This document shows, piece by piece, positions 25,428 to 37,581 of a stretch of DNA of 64,000 nucleotides. The notes below the pieces were generated by a model that was not told where the DNA came from, did not search any database, and saw nothing but the letters and a program-made list of their open reading frames with translations. Source of the stretch: an uncultured delta proteobacterium (GTDB lineage Bacteria; Desulfobacterota; WTBG01; CAIYCZ01; CAIRTM01). The position numbers and the translations under genes are program-made. The stretch covers positions 73,360 through 137,359 of the forward strand of contig CAVRBJ010000027.1 of NCBI GenBank assembly GCA_963718965.1, in the 5' to 3' direction. Numbering within the stretch: the stretch's first letter is position 1; the number at the start of each line of letters is the position of its first letter.

Positions 25428-27884
25428 ATGACAAAGACCGAATCATCCCTGCAACTTGTCGACGTGGCAGTGCCGCTGCCGCTCAACGCCACCTTTACCT
25501 ATAGCGTGCCGCCGCAGTTTGCCGGCGGTTTGCGCATCGGCATGCGGGTGCTGGTGCCGTTCGGCAGGCGGCTGATAACGGGCTATGCCATAGGCTTTCC
25601 AACAGCGGCGCCGATACAAAAGATAAAAGAAATCGCCGATGTGCTGGATGCCGAACCGCTTTTCGATGAGGCTGATCTGCGGTTCTTTCAGTGGATTGCC
25701 GCCTATTACCTCTACCCTTTGGGTCTTACCATCCGCACCGGCCTGCCGGCGGGGCTCAACATCGAATATATCGATGCATTTGCCCTTACCGATGCGGGCC
25801 GTCAGGCTCTTGAGCAGGGATCCTCGCCGGAATACGGCATGGCCATTGCCCGGGCGCTTACCGGAGCAAAATCGCTGTCATTAAAAAATCTTCAAAAAAA
25901 AGCGGGCTTACAAGGCCTTGCCTACAGCCTGCGGCTTTTGCAGCAGCAGGGCCTCATCGCGGCGGTGCAAAGGAAAAAAGCGACTGGCGTGGGGATAAAA
26001 ACGGAAAAATGGTTTTCCCTTGCTGAGGGGGCAATGTCCGGGGGGTTGAAAGGCAAACAGCTTGAAGTGTTTGAGCATATTGCCGGCAGCGGGCCCGTAT
26101 CGATGAGCAGCCTCCGGCTGCAGTGTGCCCCCTGTTCCGCCCAGCTTGCGACACTTGAAAAAAAAGGCCTCATCCTCTTTGTCGAGCGCGAATCCTTAAG
26201 AAGGCCGCCTGAGTGCGAACCGGTATTTATCGAACCCGTGCATGAGCTTAATCCGGACCAGAAGCGGGTTATCGAAGGGCTGCAGCAGCCCCTTGCGCAG
26301 AAGGTGTTTCACCCTGTGCTGCTGCACGGCGTCACCGGCAGCGGCAAGACCGAGATTTATCTCAATGTCATGGCCCATGTCATGCGCGAAGGCCGCCAGT
26401 GCCTGTATCTGGTTCCCGAAATAGCCCTGACAGCCCAGCTCTATGACCGCATCAGCTCCCGGCTGCAGGTGCCCATAGCCATGCTGCACAGCAGCCTCAC
26501 CGATGCCGAGCGCTATGATGCCTGGCGCATGATCAGGCGCGGCCAGGTGCAGGTGGTGGTGGGTGCTCGGTCGGCGATCTTTGCTTCGTTTAAAGACCTG
26601 GGCGCGATCATTGTCGATGAAGAGCATGACTCCTCCTACAAACAGGATGACAGCCTGCGCTACAATGCCCGGGATCTTGCTATCGTGAAGGCCCGCGATG
26701 CAGCCTGCATGGTGCTGCTGGGGTCGGCCACTCCCTGCCTTGAGACCTACACCAATGCGCGCACGGGCAAATATCATTTTGCCGAGCTGAAAACCCGTAT
26801 TGAAGACCGGACGCTGCCCCGTGTCGCTATTATAGATATGCGGGTTGAAACAGCGCTTCGAAGGAAAAAAGCGGGCATTCTTTCAAAAGCACTCAAAGAT
26901 GCTCTGGTGCAGCGGCTTGACCGGGGACAGCAGAGCCTGCTTTTCCTCAACCGGCGCGGTTTTGCCCCGGTGCACCTGTGCCGCCAGTGCGGCCATACCT
27001 TCCGCTGCCCCAACTGCTCGGTGGCGCTCATCCATCACCTGAGCAGCAAAAGCCTGACCTGCCACTACTGCGACTTCACCATTGCGGTGCCGCAGCAGTG
27101 CCCGGCCTGCCAGGGGCTTTTCCTTGATTCCATGGGCTGGGGCACGGAACGGCTTGAATCCGAGCTGCGCGAGCTTTTTCCGGCAGCGCGCATCGCGCGC
27201 ATGGACCGCGATACCACTTCTCAGCGCGGGTCAACCCATAAGATTTTGGGCGATATGCATCATGGCCGGATCGACATTCTTATCGGCACGCAGATGATCG
27301 TCAAAGGCTATCATCTGCCGGGAGTGACGCTTGTGGGCGTGGTCTGCGCAGACCAGTCGCTCAGCATGCCCGATTACCGCGCAGCCGAGCGAACCTTTCA
27401 GCTGCTCACGCAGGTGGCGGGCCGCTCGGGCCGGGGTGAGCTGGCCGGTGAGGTTATTATACAGACCTACAACCCCGAGCACTACAGCGTTACCTGCGCG
27501 GCCCGCCACGACTACCGCGCATTTTATGATATGGAGGTGCGCTTCCGCCGCGACCTGAAATATCCGCCTTTCGGGAAACTGATAAATATCCGCTGCGAGG
27601 GCACCAATGGCAGCGAGGTTGCGGCCCTGGCAAAGCAAATCGGAGCATACTGCAAAAAAATATGTCAAACCGGGCCCGATGCCGGTACAATAGAGGTGCT
27701 TGGCCCCGCCAAAGCGCCCTGGGAGAAGATGAAGGGCCGGTACCGGTTCCAGATGCTTCTGAAAGGTGCAGGAAGCCAGGCGCTCAAGACATGCGTGGCC
27801 GGCGCCATTCAGGAGCATGCGGAGATTATAAAGCGAAGCGGCGTGCAGGTGATCGTGGATATCGATCCCATGCTGCTTATGTAG
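25428..27884 (+). CDS. priA: Primosomal protein N' (replication restart helicase PriA)
   Basis: Intact 818-aa ORF: LHGVTGSGKTEIYL, DEEHDSSYKQ, the Cys-rich zinc region CRQCGHTFRCPNCSVALIHH...LTCHYCDF...CPAC, and GTQMIVKGYHLPGVTLV. Confidence 0.92.
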   Translation: MTKTESSLQLVDVAVPLPLNATFTYSVPPQFAGGLRIGMRVLVPFGRRLITGYAIGFPTAAPIQKIKEIADVLDAEPLFDEADLRFFQWIAAYYLYPLGLTIRTGLPAGLNIEYIDAFALTDAGRQALEQGSSPEYGMAIARALTGAKSLSLKNLQKKAGLQGLAYSLRLLQQQGLIAAVQRKKATGVGIKTEKWFSLAEGAMSGGLKGKQLEVFEHIAGSGPVSMSSLRLQCAPCSAQLATLEKKGLILFVERESLRRPPECEPVFIEPVHELNPDQKRVIEGLQQPLAQKVFHPVLLHGVTGSGKTEIYLNVMAHVMREGRQCLYLVPEIALTAQLYDRISSRLQVPIAMLHSSLTDAERYDAWRMIRRGQVQVVVGARSAIFASFKDLGAIIVDEEHDSSYKQDDSLRYNARDLAIVKARDAACMVLLGSATPCLETYTNARTGKYHFAELKTRIEDRTLPRVAIIDMRVETALRRKKAGILSKALKDALVQRLDRGQQSLLFLNRRGFAPVHLCRQCGHTFRCPNCSVALIHHLSSKSLTCHYCDFTIAVPQQCPACQGLFLDSMGWGTERLESELRELFPAARIARMDRDTTSQRGSTHKILGDMHHGRIDILIGTQMIVKGYHLPGVTLVGVVCADQSLSMPDYRAAERTFQLLTQVAGRSGRGELAGEVIIQTYNPEHYSVTCAARHDYRAFYDMEVRFRRDLKYPPFGKLINIRCEGTNGSEVAALAKQIGAYCKKICQTGPDAGTIEVLGPAKAPWEKMKGRYRFQMLLKGAGSQALKTCVAGAIQEHAEIIKRSGVQVIVDIDPMLLM

Positions 27885-27895
27885 CATTAGCGGGC

Positions 27896-28022
27896 TGTTG
27901 AAAAACGCCCATCTGTCCCGCTGGAGCGGGCTTGCGCTTATCGTGCTTCACTGCGGCGTACAAAAAGCACGCCTTGCATCTGAGCATTTTTGAACAGCCT
28001 TCCCCTATTGACTTTTTCAACA
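27896..28022. repeat. Short inverted-repeat-bounded intergenic element
   Basis: GTTGAAAAA (27896-27904) and TTTTTCAAC (28014-28022) bracket about 110 nt that contain a CCCGCTGGAGCGGG hairpin. The sequence type recurs in related genomes (from memory). Confidence 0.4.
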
Positions 28023-28043
28023 CCCTGTTAGACAGGATACACC

Positions 28044-28721
28044 ATGCGCATACTTGTTGTCGAAGACGAACAGAAAACAGCCGCCTATCTGAAAAAGGGC
28101 CTTACGGAAAACGGTTTTGTCGTCGACGTTGCAGACTCAGGCGACGACGGGCTGCACTATGCACTGACCATGCAGTATGACCTGATTATCCTTGACGTCA
28201 TGCTGCCCGAGGTGGACGGCTGGACCATACTCAGCCAGCTGCGCAGCCAGAGCAATATGACGCCTGTGCTGTTTCTGACCGCCCGCGACAAGGTGCAGGA
28301 CCGCGTGAAAGGCCTCGAGCTCGGCGCAGACGATTATCTCGTGAAGCCCTTTGCCTTTTCGGAGCTTTTGGCGCGCATACGGGTCATCATCCGGCGGGGC
28401 CCTCAGAAAAAGCAGGAGGTGCTTACCATAGCCGACCTTGAGCTTGATCTGCTGGCCCACAAGGTGACACGGGCAGGCGCTGGTATCGAGCTCACACAGA
28501 AAGAATTCATGCTTTTAAGCCTGCTTCTGCAGCGCTCGGGGCAGGTGCTTTCCAGAACCCTGATTGCAGAGCAGATTTGGGACATCAATTTCGACAGCGA
28601 CACCAATGTGGTGGATGTGGCCATCCGCCGGCTGCGCACCAAGGTGGATGACCCGTTTGAAAAAAAACTTATTCATACCGTCCGGGGAGTGGGCTATGTT
28701 CTGGAAGAGCGCGACGAATGA
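28044..28721 (+). CDS. cusR: OmpR-family response regulator of the heavy-metal (CusR/CopR) type
   Basis: [26 protein letters not shown]....G.DG......[14 protein letters not shown]...LFLTARD...[23 protein letters not shown]; close to the CusR consensus. Confidence 0.88.
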   Translation: MRILVVEDEQKTAAYLKKGLTENGFVVDVADSGDDGLHYALTMQYDLIILDVMLPEVDGWTILSQLRSQSNMTPVLFLTARDKVQDRVKGLELGADDYLVKPFAFSELLARIRVIIRRGPQKKQEVLTIADLELDLLAHKVTRAGAGIELTQKEFMLLSLLLQRSGQVLSRTLIAEQIWDINFDSDTNVVDVAIRRLRTKVDDPFEKKLIHTVRGVGYVLEERDE

Positions 28722-30163
28722 CGAGCAGGCCCAGCTGCGCGGGGCATACTCAATAACGCGGCGGCTGATAGTCTTTAACATCGTGGCGGCACTTGTCATT
28801 CTGCTCACCACCATCAGCTACCTGTACTATGCGCTGGTGCTGAGCCTCGAGGAGGAGGACCGCCTGTACCTGATAAAAAAAATACAGGTTGTGCGCAGCG
28901 TCCTGCAGGCCAGCCCCGATGCTGCGGCAGAAGTGCAGCGCGAAATACAGCTGCAGGGTGATTTTCAGTTCATCCGCTTTTATATCCGCGTACTGGATGA
29001 AAAGGGCGCTGTTATTGCCCAGACAAAAAACACCGCGTTTTCCCCTGCTCCCGATTTATTCCCCGAGCCGTTTCCAGCAGACCGGCTGCCGGAAACAGGG
29101 AAGAAAATGCGCCTTGCAGACGGCGCCTCCTGCTATCTCATGAGCGCCTGGGCCGATGACGGCAATCCCGGCGGCCGGCGCTGGCTCATCCAGGCGGCCC
29201 TTGACCTGTCCGCATGAGGCGGGCATATTGAAGCGCTATCGCATTAAGGTCGAGCTCGTGGTCATAGCGGGCATTCTCATCTGCGGCGCGGTCGGCTTCT
29301 GGATCGCGCGCCGGTCCATGCGGCCCATGCGCCTGCTTACCCGCACGCTCCAGAGCGTGCGGGCCACCCGGCTCAGCAAGCGGCTCGATGCAAGCCGCCT
29401 GCCCCGCGAGCTTACCGTTTTTGCCGCATCGTTTAACGATATGCTTGAGCGGCTTGAGGATTCTTTCAACCGCCTGACGCGCTTTTCAACCGACCTTGCC
29501 CATGAGTTGCGAACGCCCATCAATAATTTGCGGGGCGAGGCAGAGGTGTCACTGTCAAAGGCCCGCTCAGCCGACGAGTACCGTCAGATCATCGAATCGA
29601 GCCTCGAGGAGTATGAGCATCTCTCTCACATGATCGAAAGCCTGCTGTTTATCGCCAAGGCCGAAAGCACTGATATCGCTATCCAGCGGGCCGAGTTTTC
29701 CGCGGACAGAGAGATTTCTGCCGTGCTTGATTATTATGACGCCTATATTGATGAAAAAAAGATCACCTTCACCCTGAATGGAGCTGCCCGTCTGCATGCC
29801 GACCCTGTGCTGTTTCGCCGCATCATGACCAATGTGCTGTCAAACGCCTTCCGCTATACCCCCGCAGGAGGCCGCGTGACGATAAGCCTTGCGCAGAACG
29901 CTCTGGGAGAAACCACCATAACCGTGGCTGATACCGGCGTGGGCATTGCCGCCGCTGATATCGACCATATTTTCAGCCGCTTTTATCGGGGCAGCGCCGC
30001 AAAAAAACTTGTCTCGCGCGGCACGGGCCTGGGGCTTGCCATTGTCAAATCCATCATGGATCTGCATGGCGGCAGCATCAGACTCACAAGCGCGCCATTT
30101 GAAGGCACCACGGTATCGCTCATTTTCCCCGCAGCCACCCTTGAAAACATTACCAACAGGTAA
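28696..30163 (+). CDS. cusS: Heavy-metal sensor histidine kinase (CusS-like), with one apparent frameshift near 29205
   Basis: The ATG at 28696 overlaps the cusR end. It has a TM region, a periplasmic region and a HAMP domain, then [19 protein letters not shown] (H-box), and N/G boxes (NAFRYTP...VADTGVGI...[13 protein letters not shown]). ...ALDLS / HEAGILKRY joins two frames. Confidence 0.8.
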
Positions 30164-30527
30164 TCTGTGCGACAGCCTTCTGTTGGAATCCAAAGGCTAT
30201 ACTGCATGTGTCCGCTCGGAAAAAGCGCCGGGCGCAACATGGAAAAATCCACGGAGGATTGCACACGGAAAAAACAGTGCCTATTCTGATCGGTGCTTTA
30301 ACAGCTGCTGCCGGGCTGCAGATCGCTGCAGTTAATTTTCTGATCAGGGCTTTCCACTACAGTGAACTGCTCAAGGAGGCGGATTTTAGGCGATGCAGAC
30401 CGCTTTCACCATGCTGCCGTTTTTGTTCTAATACACAAACAGGAGGGGGGGGCTGATCACCGTCTGCTTCTCGGAATCCATGACCATAATCAGAGGGGGC
30501 GGGGACAATTGCACGCATACCGTACAA

Positions 30528-30707
30528 TCAGCGCGAGCTGTCTTCTTCATCAAAGGATTTTTCTCTGCGCATTTCCTGCAGATTGCGCTCCAGGTCGGTG
30601 AATTTCTGCTGCAGGTCCTGAAACTGGCTGTCAAAGGTTTTAAAAAGCAAGTCCAACTCGTCATCTTCGGCCTTGCTCAATGATGCATTATAATAGGCGC
30701 TTGCCAT
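30528..30707 (-). CDS. Small (59 aa) acidic coiled-coil protein, hypothetical
   Basis: Below the track size cutoff. The ATG at 30707 is preceded by AAGGATGG. The sequence is MASAYYNASLSKAEDDELDLLFKTFDSQFQDLQQKFTDLERNLQEMRREKSFDEEDSSR. It starts 18 nt after the stop of the upstream ORF. Confidence 0.4.
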   Translation of the reverse strand: MASAYYNASLSKAEDDELDLLFKTFDSQFQDLQQKFTDLERNLQEMRREKSFDEEDSSR

Positions 30708-30724
30708 AGAATGCCATCCTTATA

Positions 30725-31105
30725 TCAGTTTGCTTTCATATAAAGCTCGTCGCGGCACAGCCGCAGCTTCTTCACAAAAGATTCAAGCTGCCCCACATAG
30801 GGCTCCAGGGGCAGCAAATCGCCTGCAATTGCATATGCCTGAATGATTCGCAGCATGCAGTTCCAATCCTCTGAATACCCCCGCCTGCACACTGAAAAAA
30901 TCGGGCACATGTGGCACTGGTTATCATACTCGACGCACAGCATGAGAGGTACGATCGCCGCCTTCAGCAGTTGCTGAAAATGCGACAGGTGAAAGACCGT
31001 ACGGCTGTCAACCAGTATCCTTTGCCATTTTTCAAGAGCCAGCTCAAGGGATTCCTCACCCTTTTCGTACCTGTCCTTCATTTCTTCAAACGACATCAGT
31101 CCCAC
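30725..31105 (-). CDS. Hypothetical Cys-rich protein (126 aa)
   Basis: Clean ORF with ...CVEYDNQCHMCPIFSVCRRGYSEDWNC... I recognise no family. Confidence 0.5.
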   Translation of the reverse strand: MGLMSFEEMKDRYEKGEESLELALEKWQRILVDSRTVFHLSHFQQLLKAAIVPLMLCVEYDNQCHMCPIFSVCRRGYSEDWNCMLRIIQAYAIAGDLLPLEPYVGQLESFVKKLRLCRDELYMKAN

Positions 31106-31343
31106 GTTGGCCAGCCTTTTTTATACTGTATCCAGAACATCCATGCCACAAAAAAAGAATGCAGTCCAGCAGCTTTTCAACTGCCAGAAAGAAACAATAG
31201 CAATATCCCGGGGCAGGGGTTGTCACGGTGCCCTCAGGTAATTATATTGTGAGCTGAAAAAACAGGGCTGTCAAGTCCTGGAACATGCAAATTTTTCGTG
31301 TGAAGCTTGACATTTTTGTTCTGGTGAAGCAATCATAGAAAAA

Positions 31344-32459
31344 ATGCAGGGAGATATGCAGCAGGGCCAAAACCCTATAGGCTTCCAGACCAACAGCCAA
31401 AGAGGCTTCGTTACGCATATGACAACAGTGCTTCTTGCTTGCGGCATTTTTTTTGCCTGCCTGTACGGCGGCAGTTTCGTATTCTCAGGGCCAGGCTATT
31501 CAGGCCCTGTATCGGAGCATTTTGACGGAGCGCGCTTCTATAATCAGAACCGCAGCGCCCAGCACGATTTTAAAACTTTTCTCACCTGGGTTACCAACCG
31601 CAACCGGGGCTCCTGGCAGGAGCATGGTGCTGACAACGGGTCGTGGCCCAGGCCGCCGGTTCGGGTTGCAAACGGACAGCTCCTGGTAACACCCGTCGGG
31701 CACAGCACATTTCTCATCCAGACAGACGGCGTGAATATCCTCACCGACCCCATCTGGTCGCAGCGGGCAAGCCCGGTCTTATTTACCGGCCCGCGGCGAG
31801 TGCAGGCACCGGGGCTCAGGCTTGAAAATCTACCGCCCATCGACCTGATTCTCATAAGCCATAATCATTATGATCATCTGGATCTTCCCACGCTGCGGAA
31901 GCTTGCTCTATCTAACCGGTCGCAGGTGGTGACGACGCTCGGCAATAAGGACCTGATCAAAAAGGCAGGCTTTGACAATGTGACCGAGCTTGACTGGTGG
32001 CAGCAGACGGCGCTGCCGGGCGGGATACGCTTCACCTGTGTGCCGGCGCAGCATTTTTCAGGCCGCGGCATGCGCGACAGCTATAAAACGCTTTGGGGAG
32101 GCTTTATTTTGGAAAGTACGGCAGGGCCCATCTATTTTGCCGGCGATACAGGGTACGGTTCGCACTTTGCTGAAATAACGCAGCGGTTCAGCCCCCTGAA
32201 ACTTGCATTCCTGCCCATTGGGGCATACAAGCCAGAATGGTTCATGTGGCCCGGCCATCTGAGCCCCGAAGATGCGCTCAAGGCACATTTTGAGCTCAAA
32301 GCCCGCACCAGTATTGCCATGCATTTCGGCACATTTCCCCTTGGCGACGATGGCCAGCATGAAGCCACGGAAGCCCTCAGGGCCGGAATCAAAAAGGCAG
32401 CAATGCAAGGGTCGCAGTTTCTCGTGCCGGAGTGGGGCCGGGCAATTGAGGTACAGTAA
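31344..32459 (+). CDS. MBL-fold metallo-hydrolase (NAPE-PLD-like / Zn-dependent hydrolase)
   Basis: LILISHNHYDHLD motif, ...YFAGDTGY..., and an N-terminal TM segment. The exact start is uncertain (several in-frame Met). Confidence 0.8.
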   Translation: MQGDMQQGQNPIGFQTNSQRGFVTHMTTVLLACGIFFACLYGGSFVFSGPGYSGPVSEHFDGARFYNQNRSAQHDFKTFLTWVTNRNRGSWQEHGADNGSWPRPPVRVANGQLLVTPVGHSTFLIQTDGVNILTDPIWSQRASPVLFTGPRRVQAPGLRLENLPPIDLILISHNHYDHLDLPTLRKLALSNRSQVVTTLGNKDLIKKAGFDNVTELDWWQQTALPGGIRFTCVPAQHFSGRGMRDSYKTLWGGFILESTAGPIYFAGDTGYGSHFAEITQRFSPLKLAFLPIGAYKPEWFMWPGHLSPEDALKAHFELKARTSIAMHFGTFPLGDDGQHEATEALRAGIKKAAMQGSQFLVPEWGRAIEVQ

Positions 32460-32654
32460 AATATATACTGGTGATGCTCCCCGCTTACAAAGCGGGGCTT
32501 TCAAGGCAGGCTTCCGGTCAGCAGGCCAGCCTGACCTCTAATAGCTTTATGTAGTACCGTGGGACTGGCGCGTCCAGCCGTTTATGCACAACTTTTGATA
32601 GAGCTGCAACAGCGCAGAGAATGCGCTAAACCTTATTCAGGAGCAGGCACTACC

Positions 32655-32876
32655 ATGCCAATGTATGAATTTCGCTGTAACACCTGTAGGAAAAAGTTTG
32701 AAGAGCTTGTTTTGAGCCGTGAGGCCGCTGTTCAGTGCCCGAAATGCAAGAAGACCGATGTGACGCGCCTCATGTCGGCTTTTAGCGTCAAAAGAGCCGG
32801 GGCTTCCAAAGCTGCGCCGTCATCGGGGAAGAGTTGCGCGGGCTGCCGGTCAAAAAAATGCGGCAGCTGCGGATGA
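32655..32876 (+). CDS. FmdB-family zinc-ribbon protein (CxxC...CxxC)
   Basis: MPMYEFRCNTCRKKFEELV...VQCPKCKKTDVTRLMSAF, the classic FmdB N-terminus. AGGAG lies 11 nt upstream of the ATG at 32655. Confidence 0.8.
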   Translation: MPMYEFRCNTCRKKFEELVLSREAAVQCPKCKKTDVTRLMSAFSVKRAGASKAAPSSGKSCAGCRSKKCGSCG

Positions 32877-32916
32877 AGAGAAACCGGAAAGGCTGCCACG
32901 CAACCCTGCCGGGGTA

Positions 32917-33711
32917 TTATCCGGAGGCGGACCGGCTGGCAGGTTGTGGCGAGGCAGGGCTAAAAATACTGAATTTAAACAGGCCGGTTTTCTGGAGCAC
33001 ATACTTGAGCATGACAAACAAAGTCTGCATTCCGTAGGTAAGGCTGCGCGAAAAATTAATTGATGATGCTTCTTCAAAATAACGCGTGGGAATCGGCACG
33101 TCGCCGATACGAAGGCCGTAAAAGGCAGCCTGTGCCAGAAACTCGGTATCGAACACAAAATCGTCCGAATTTTCATGATAGGGGATAGTTTCTAAAACAC
33201 GGCGCGTATAGGCTCTGAAGCCCGAATGAAAATCTCCCAGGTTCTGGCCTAAAATGGTATTTTCAATCAGCGTCAAAAAACGGTTGCTGATATATTTGTA
33301 AACCGGCATGCCGCACTCAAGAGTTTCCCGGCGTGTTCTGATACGCGAACCGAGCACCACATCGCATATACCCGTCGTTAAAAAGCCGGCGACATACGGG
33401 ATGATGCGGGCGTCATACTGATAATCCGGGTGAATCATGAGAACGATATCAGCCTGCCTTTTCAGTGCTTCGGCATAGCAGGTTTTCTGATTGGCCCCAT
33501 AGCCGCTGTTTTTATCATGGCAAATGACGGTGATGCCGAGCTTGCGTGCAATTTCGACGGTAGCATCGCTGCTGGCATCATCGACAAGTATTACCTCATC
33601 GACACTTCCAGCCGGTATATCGCGAAATGTTTTTTCCAGAGTCAGGGCGGCATTATACGCGGGCATGACCACGATTATATGCGGGGCTTTTTTTAGATTA
33701 TCGTTATTCAT
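32917..33711 (-). CDS. Family-2 glycosyltransferase (polyprenol-phosphate sugar transferase type)
   Basis: [14 protein letters not shown]......P....[13 protein letters not shown].....LG......H..N.GYGANQK. Confidence 0.88.
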   Translation of the reverse strand: MNNDNLKKAPHIIVVMPAYNAALTLEKTFRDIPAGSVDEVILVDDASSDATVEIARKLGITVICHDKNSGYGANQKTCYAEALKRQADIVLMIHPDYQYDARIIPYVAGFLTTGICDVVLGSRIRTRRETLECGMPVYKYISNRFLTLIENTILGQNLGDFHSGFRAYTRRVLETIPYHENSDDFVFDTEFLAQAAFYGLRIGDVPIPTRYFEEASSINFSRSLTYGMQTLFVMLKYVLQKTGLFKFSIFSPASPQPASRSASG

Positions 33712-33928
33712 CGTGCGTTTCTATTAAAAAATATTGGCGGCATACAGAGCGAGCCGTACGCGCTCTGTTCTGTAAGATCACGTTACACAAATATCAAATA
33801 GCGCGCTCCGCCACAAGCTATTTTACATCTCTGCCTCAGGCTGTACCATAATGGTCATTGCCGTATAGTTCGCGGCGGCCGGGCTCTTCCCTATGCGCAC
33901 AATAGCCCCGGCTATGGTCTGCTTGCTC

Positions 33929-35405
33929 TCAAGGTATATGGCCGCCGCCCGTGTTATCTCCCTCCGGACAGGAGCCGCTTTTCCCATCATCTATAAAGCG
34001 TAGGATTTTTGCAGAATTCGCCTGCAGCGATATAAAGTATACGAGTAAAGGTGTATTGAACATCAGCAATCGGGGCATATCACCAGGGAAATTACGCCAC
34101 CACCAGTGTGGATATAAAAAAGAAGCGGCAAAAACCGAGGCAACATTGACAAAAATCAATACGGGAAGCAGCATATGGGCAAGCACGACGCCCCGGCGCC
34201 ACGCAAGCACCAGGCTGAAAAAAAACAGCAGCCAGAGAACATTGTAGCTTCGTAATAAAAACATGGTTCGCCAGAGAGAATCAAACAATACAGGAATCCT
34301 GGGAATCTTTTCAAAAATAAAACCTGCCGTAAAATTTTTCAACTCGAAATCCTGCTCCCATGTTGAGATGGGCAGTAAAAATGTCTTCACATATGACCAC
34401 GGCATATTAACCAGCGCTGGCACAATGCCGAAACAGGCGACAAGCAGGACAACATCCCGTGAAATTTTTCTGTCTTTTATGACCGTCAAAAGCGCAGCAA
34501 GCCCTGTCAGCATGAGCCACAGGACAGTACCCTCTTTTTTGGTGAACATGGCGAAGCTTATGGCCAGAACCGCAAGGAACAAATCGTTCCGGCCACGGGA
34601 CTCAATCCACTGATGCAGCGAAACGACGGCAATAAAATAGAAAAAGCTGAGGGGCACATCCGCATAACCCGATGCCGGATTGCCTCTGCCGTCCTGCATA
34701 AAAACCGGCACAACGGCAAGCATTGCCGTAAAAAGCAGTGCGTGGCGGTGCGGGGCAAATCGCCGCTGGGCCGCATAGAAAAAAGCCAGCAGAGCAGCAA
34801 AAAAGACGGGAAAAGGAATTTTTACAAAAATATCGTCTGCTCCTCCGAGGGCCATAAAAATAAGGCTTTCAAGCAGGGGTATCATGACGGGGTAGTGGGC
34901 ATGATACATTATCCGGCAGGGCTCAAAAAATTCATCCGCAAAGACGGTCGAGGTATGAAAAATTATTTTTGCACGTATGCACCACTGCACCATATCGTCC
35001 GGCAGATGCATCGGTAAAAAAAGGGCCCGAAAAAAAATAATTGCCAAAGCAGATGCTATACACACCGTGCAGAAGACGCTTATCCATCTGGATAAACCGC
35101 CGCTATTATTTCCCTCGGCGCGTATGCGGACAGATGCAACGGGATACTTCATACAACAATAATACAAGCATACGGGAATAACCGGCATGGTAAAAAGTAC
35201 GACATTGCCGAAGGTCAGCCGCTGCCCCGGCACAGGAAAGATACAGTAGCAGCATCGTCACCGTGCCGACGCCCAGGCCATAAGCAAGGGAGAAACGCAG
35301 GGCCGCGTTTTCCCTGAAGGCTTTTTTGAAAAGCAGAGCGCTCAGGAGATCGCCCGCACAAAAAACAACGATGGCTATATAAATGAGCTTACCTGTCACG
35401 AACAT
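33929..35405 (-). CDS. Polytopic membrane glycosyltransferase (GT39/ArnT-like), with one apparent frameshift near 35225
   Basis: A run of hydrophobic helices across ORFs 35106..35444 and 33929..35233. The join is ...LLLYLSCAG / VPGQRLTFGNVVLF. I chose the start MFVTGKL at 35405, which overlaps the upstream stop by 17 nt. Confidence 0.6.
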
Positions 35406-35901
35406 ATTGACCATTTCCCCTGTCAATAGTATAGGAAGCAGCAATGCCGCATGTCTCCAGTTGCACTATTTTACACACCGTGAACGGCGCAGAATACATA
35501 TAGATTATCCAATTGATGCCCTGCTTCTGTAATGCACAATAATCTTTTTGATTAAAGACCGGTATGTCGTCAGGATAGGCGTTCTTCACGTTTATCCAAT
35601 AAAGCTTCCTTGGATAGACATAATAGTTCAGCAGCAAAGCATCATTATTCGTGCTGCTTGGAAGGTTGGTAAGCAGCAGAGCGCGGGCATTTTCAGGGAT
35701 GATCTTTTTGCATATAGCCGCAAATTCTACTATCTCGCCCAGCAGTGCCCGTCGTTTCTCTTCCGGACTGAAATTTCGCATCTCCCTATAAGAAGCAAAA
35801 CACAGACCGGCTTCATGGACAAGAACCCTTCCTGCATACGTAAAATATATGCCCAACAAAAGCAGGAATATAATTTTATGTGCTTTTTTCAAGGTGTTCA
35901 T
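35389..35901 (-). CDS. Hypothetical membrane-anchored protein co-transcribed with the GT39-like gene
   Basis: 170-aa protein with an N-terminal helix KIIFLLLLGIYFTYAG and no recognised domain. Confidence 0.5.
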   Translation of the reverse strand: MNTLKKAHKIIFLLLLGIYFTYAGRVLVHEAGLCFASYREMRNFSPEEKRRALLGEIVEFAAICKKIIPENARALLLTNLPSSTNNDALLLNYYVYPRKLYWINVKNAYPDDIPVFNQKDYCALQKQGINWIIYMYSAPFTVCKIVQLETCGIAASYTIDRGNGQYVRDR

Positions 35902-36383
35902 ATCGATAAAACTGTTTATTAAAAAATGATGCCGTATAAGCAGTTTAAAACCACACCTGCAAATGAACCGACTGCATGGAGGGAAAGGCCTCTGTCATGC
36001 CGATTCGTATTGTGCAGCAACTCTCGCCTGTCAAAGCAAAAAGGCTTTCCCTGCTGGGTTTTTATACACTACTTCAAGTTTTCGCACGCGAGCACCACGT
36101 CTGCCCCATTATGTAAAACCCGCATGGCAGGATCAAAAAAAGTGGCACAGTCAAGGAGAAGAGCCATTGATTTTTCTGCAGAGTATAGAGAAAAGCTTAC
36201 TGCAGAGCAATCGAAATAACGAAAACATAAAAACTTCTCATGGGCCTGAATGTAGTTACCTGTTAAGTTGCGGGACCCCTGTTTTCACCTAAACAGGCAC
36301 CCGTTGTCCCGGGATGGCTCCAAGTAATTATTTAGAAGGAGTTTAGGCTTTTATGCTCAGAAAGCACTCGATTGAGACAGGCC

Positions 36384-37469
<1,086 letters not shown>

Positions 37470-37581
37470 TCAAGGGCCAGTGGGCATGTATGCTTGAATG
37501 TATATATATCTACCCCACCGGGCCTTCCCTGTCCAGTGGCAGAGCGTCTGAAAAAAGCAGGGGGCTGTTCGCGAAGCGCCC

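Noticed and set aside
30428-30664. ORF 30428..30664(-) (78 aa) spanning the C8/G8 tract as a phase-variable gene
   Set aside because: Its first two thirds overlap the better-supported 59-aa ORF (30528..30707) in another frame and look non-proteinaceous. The homopolymer is noted, but no credible gene depends on it.
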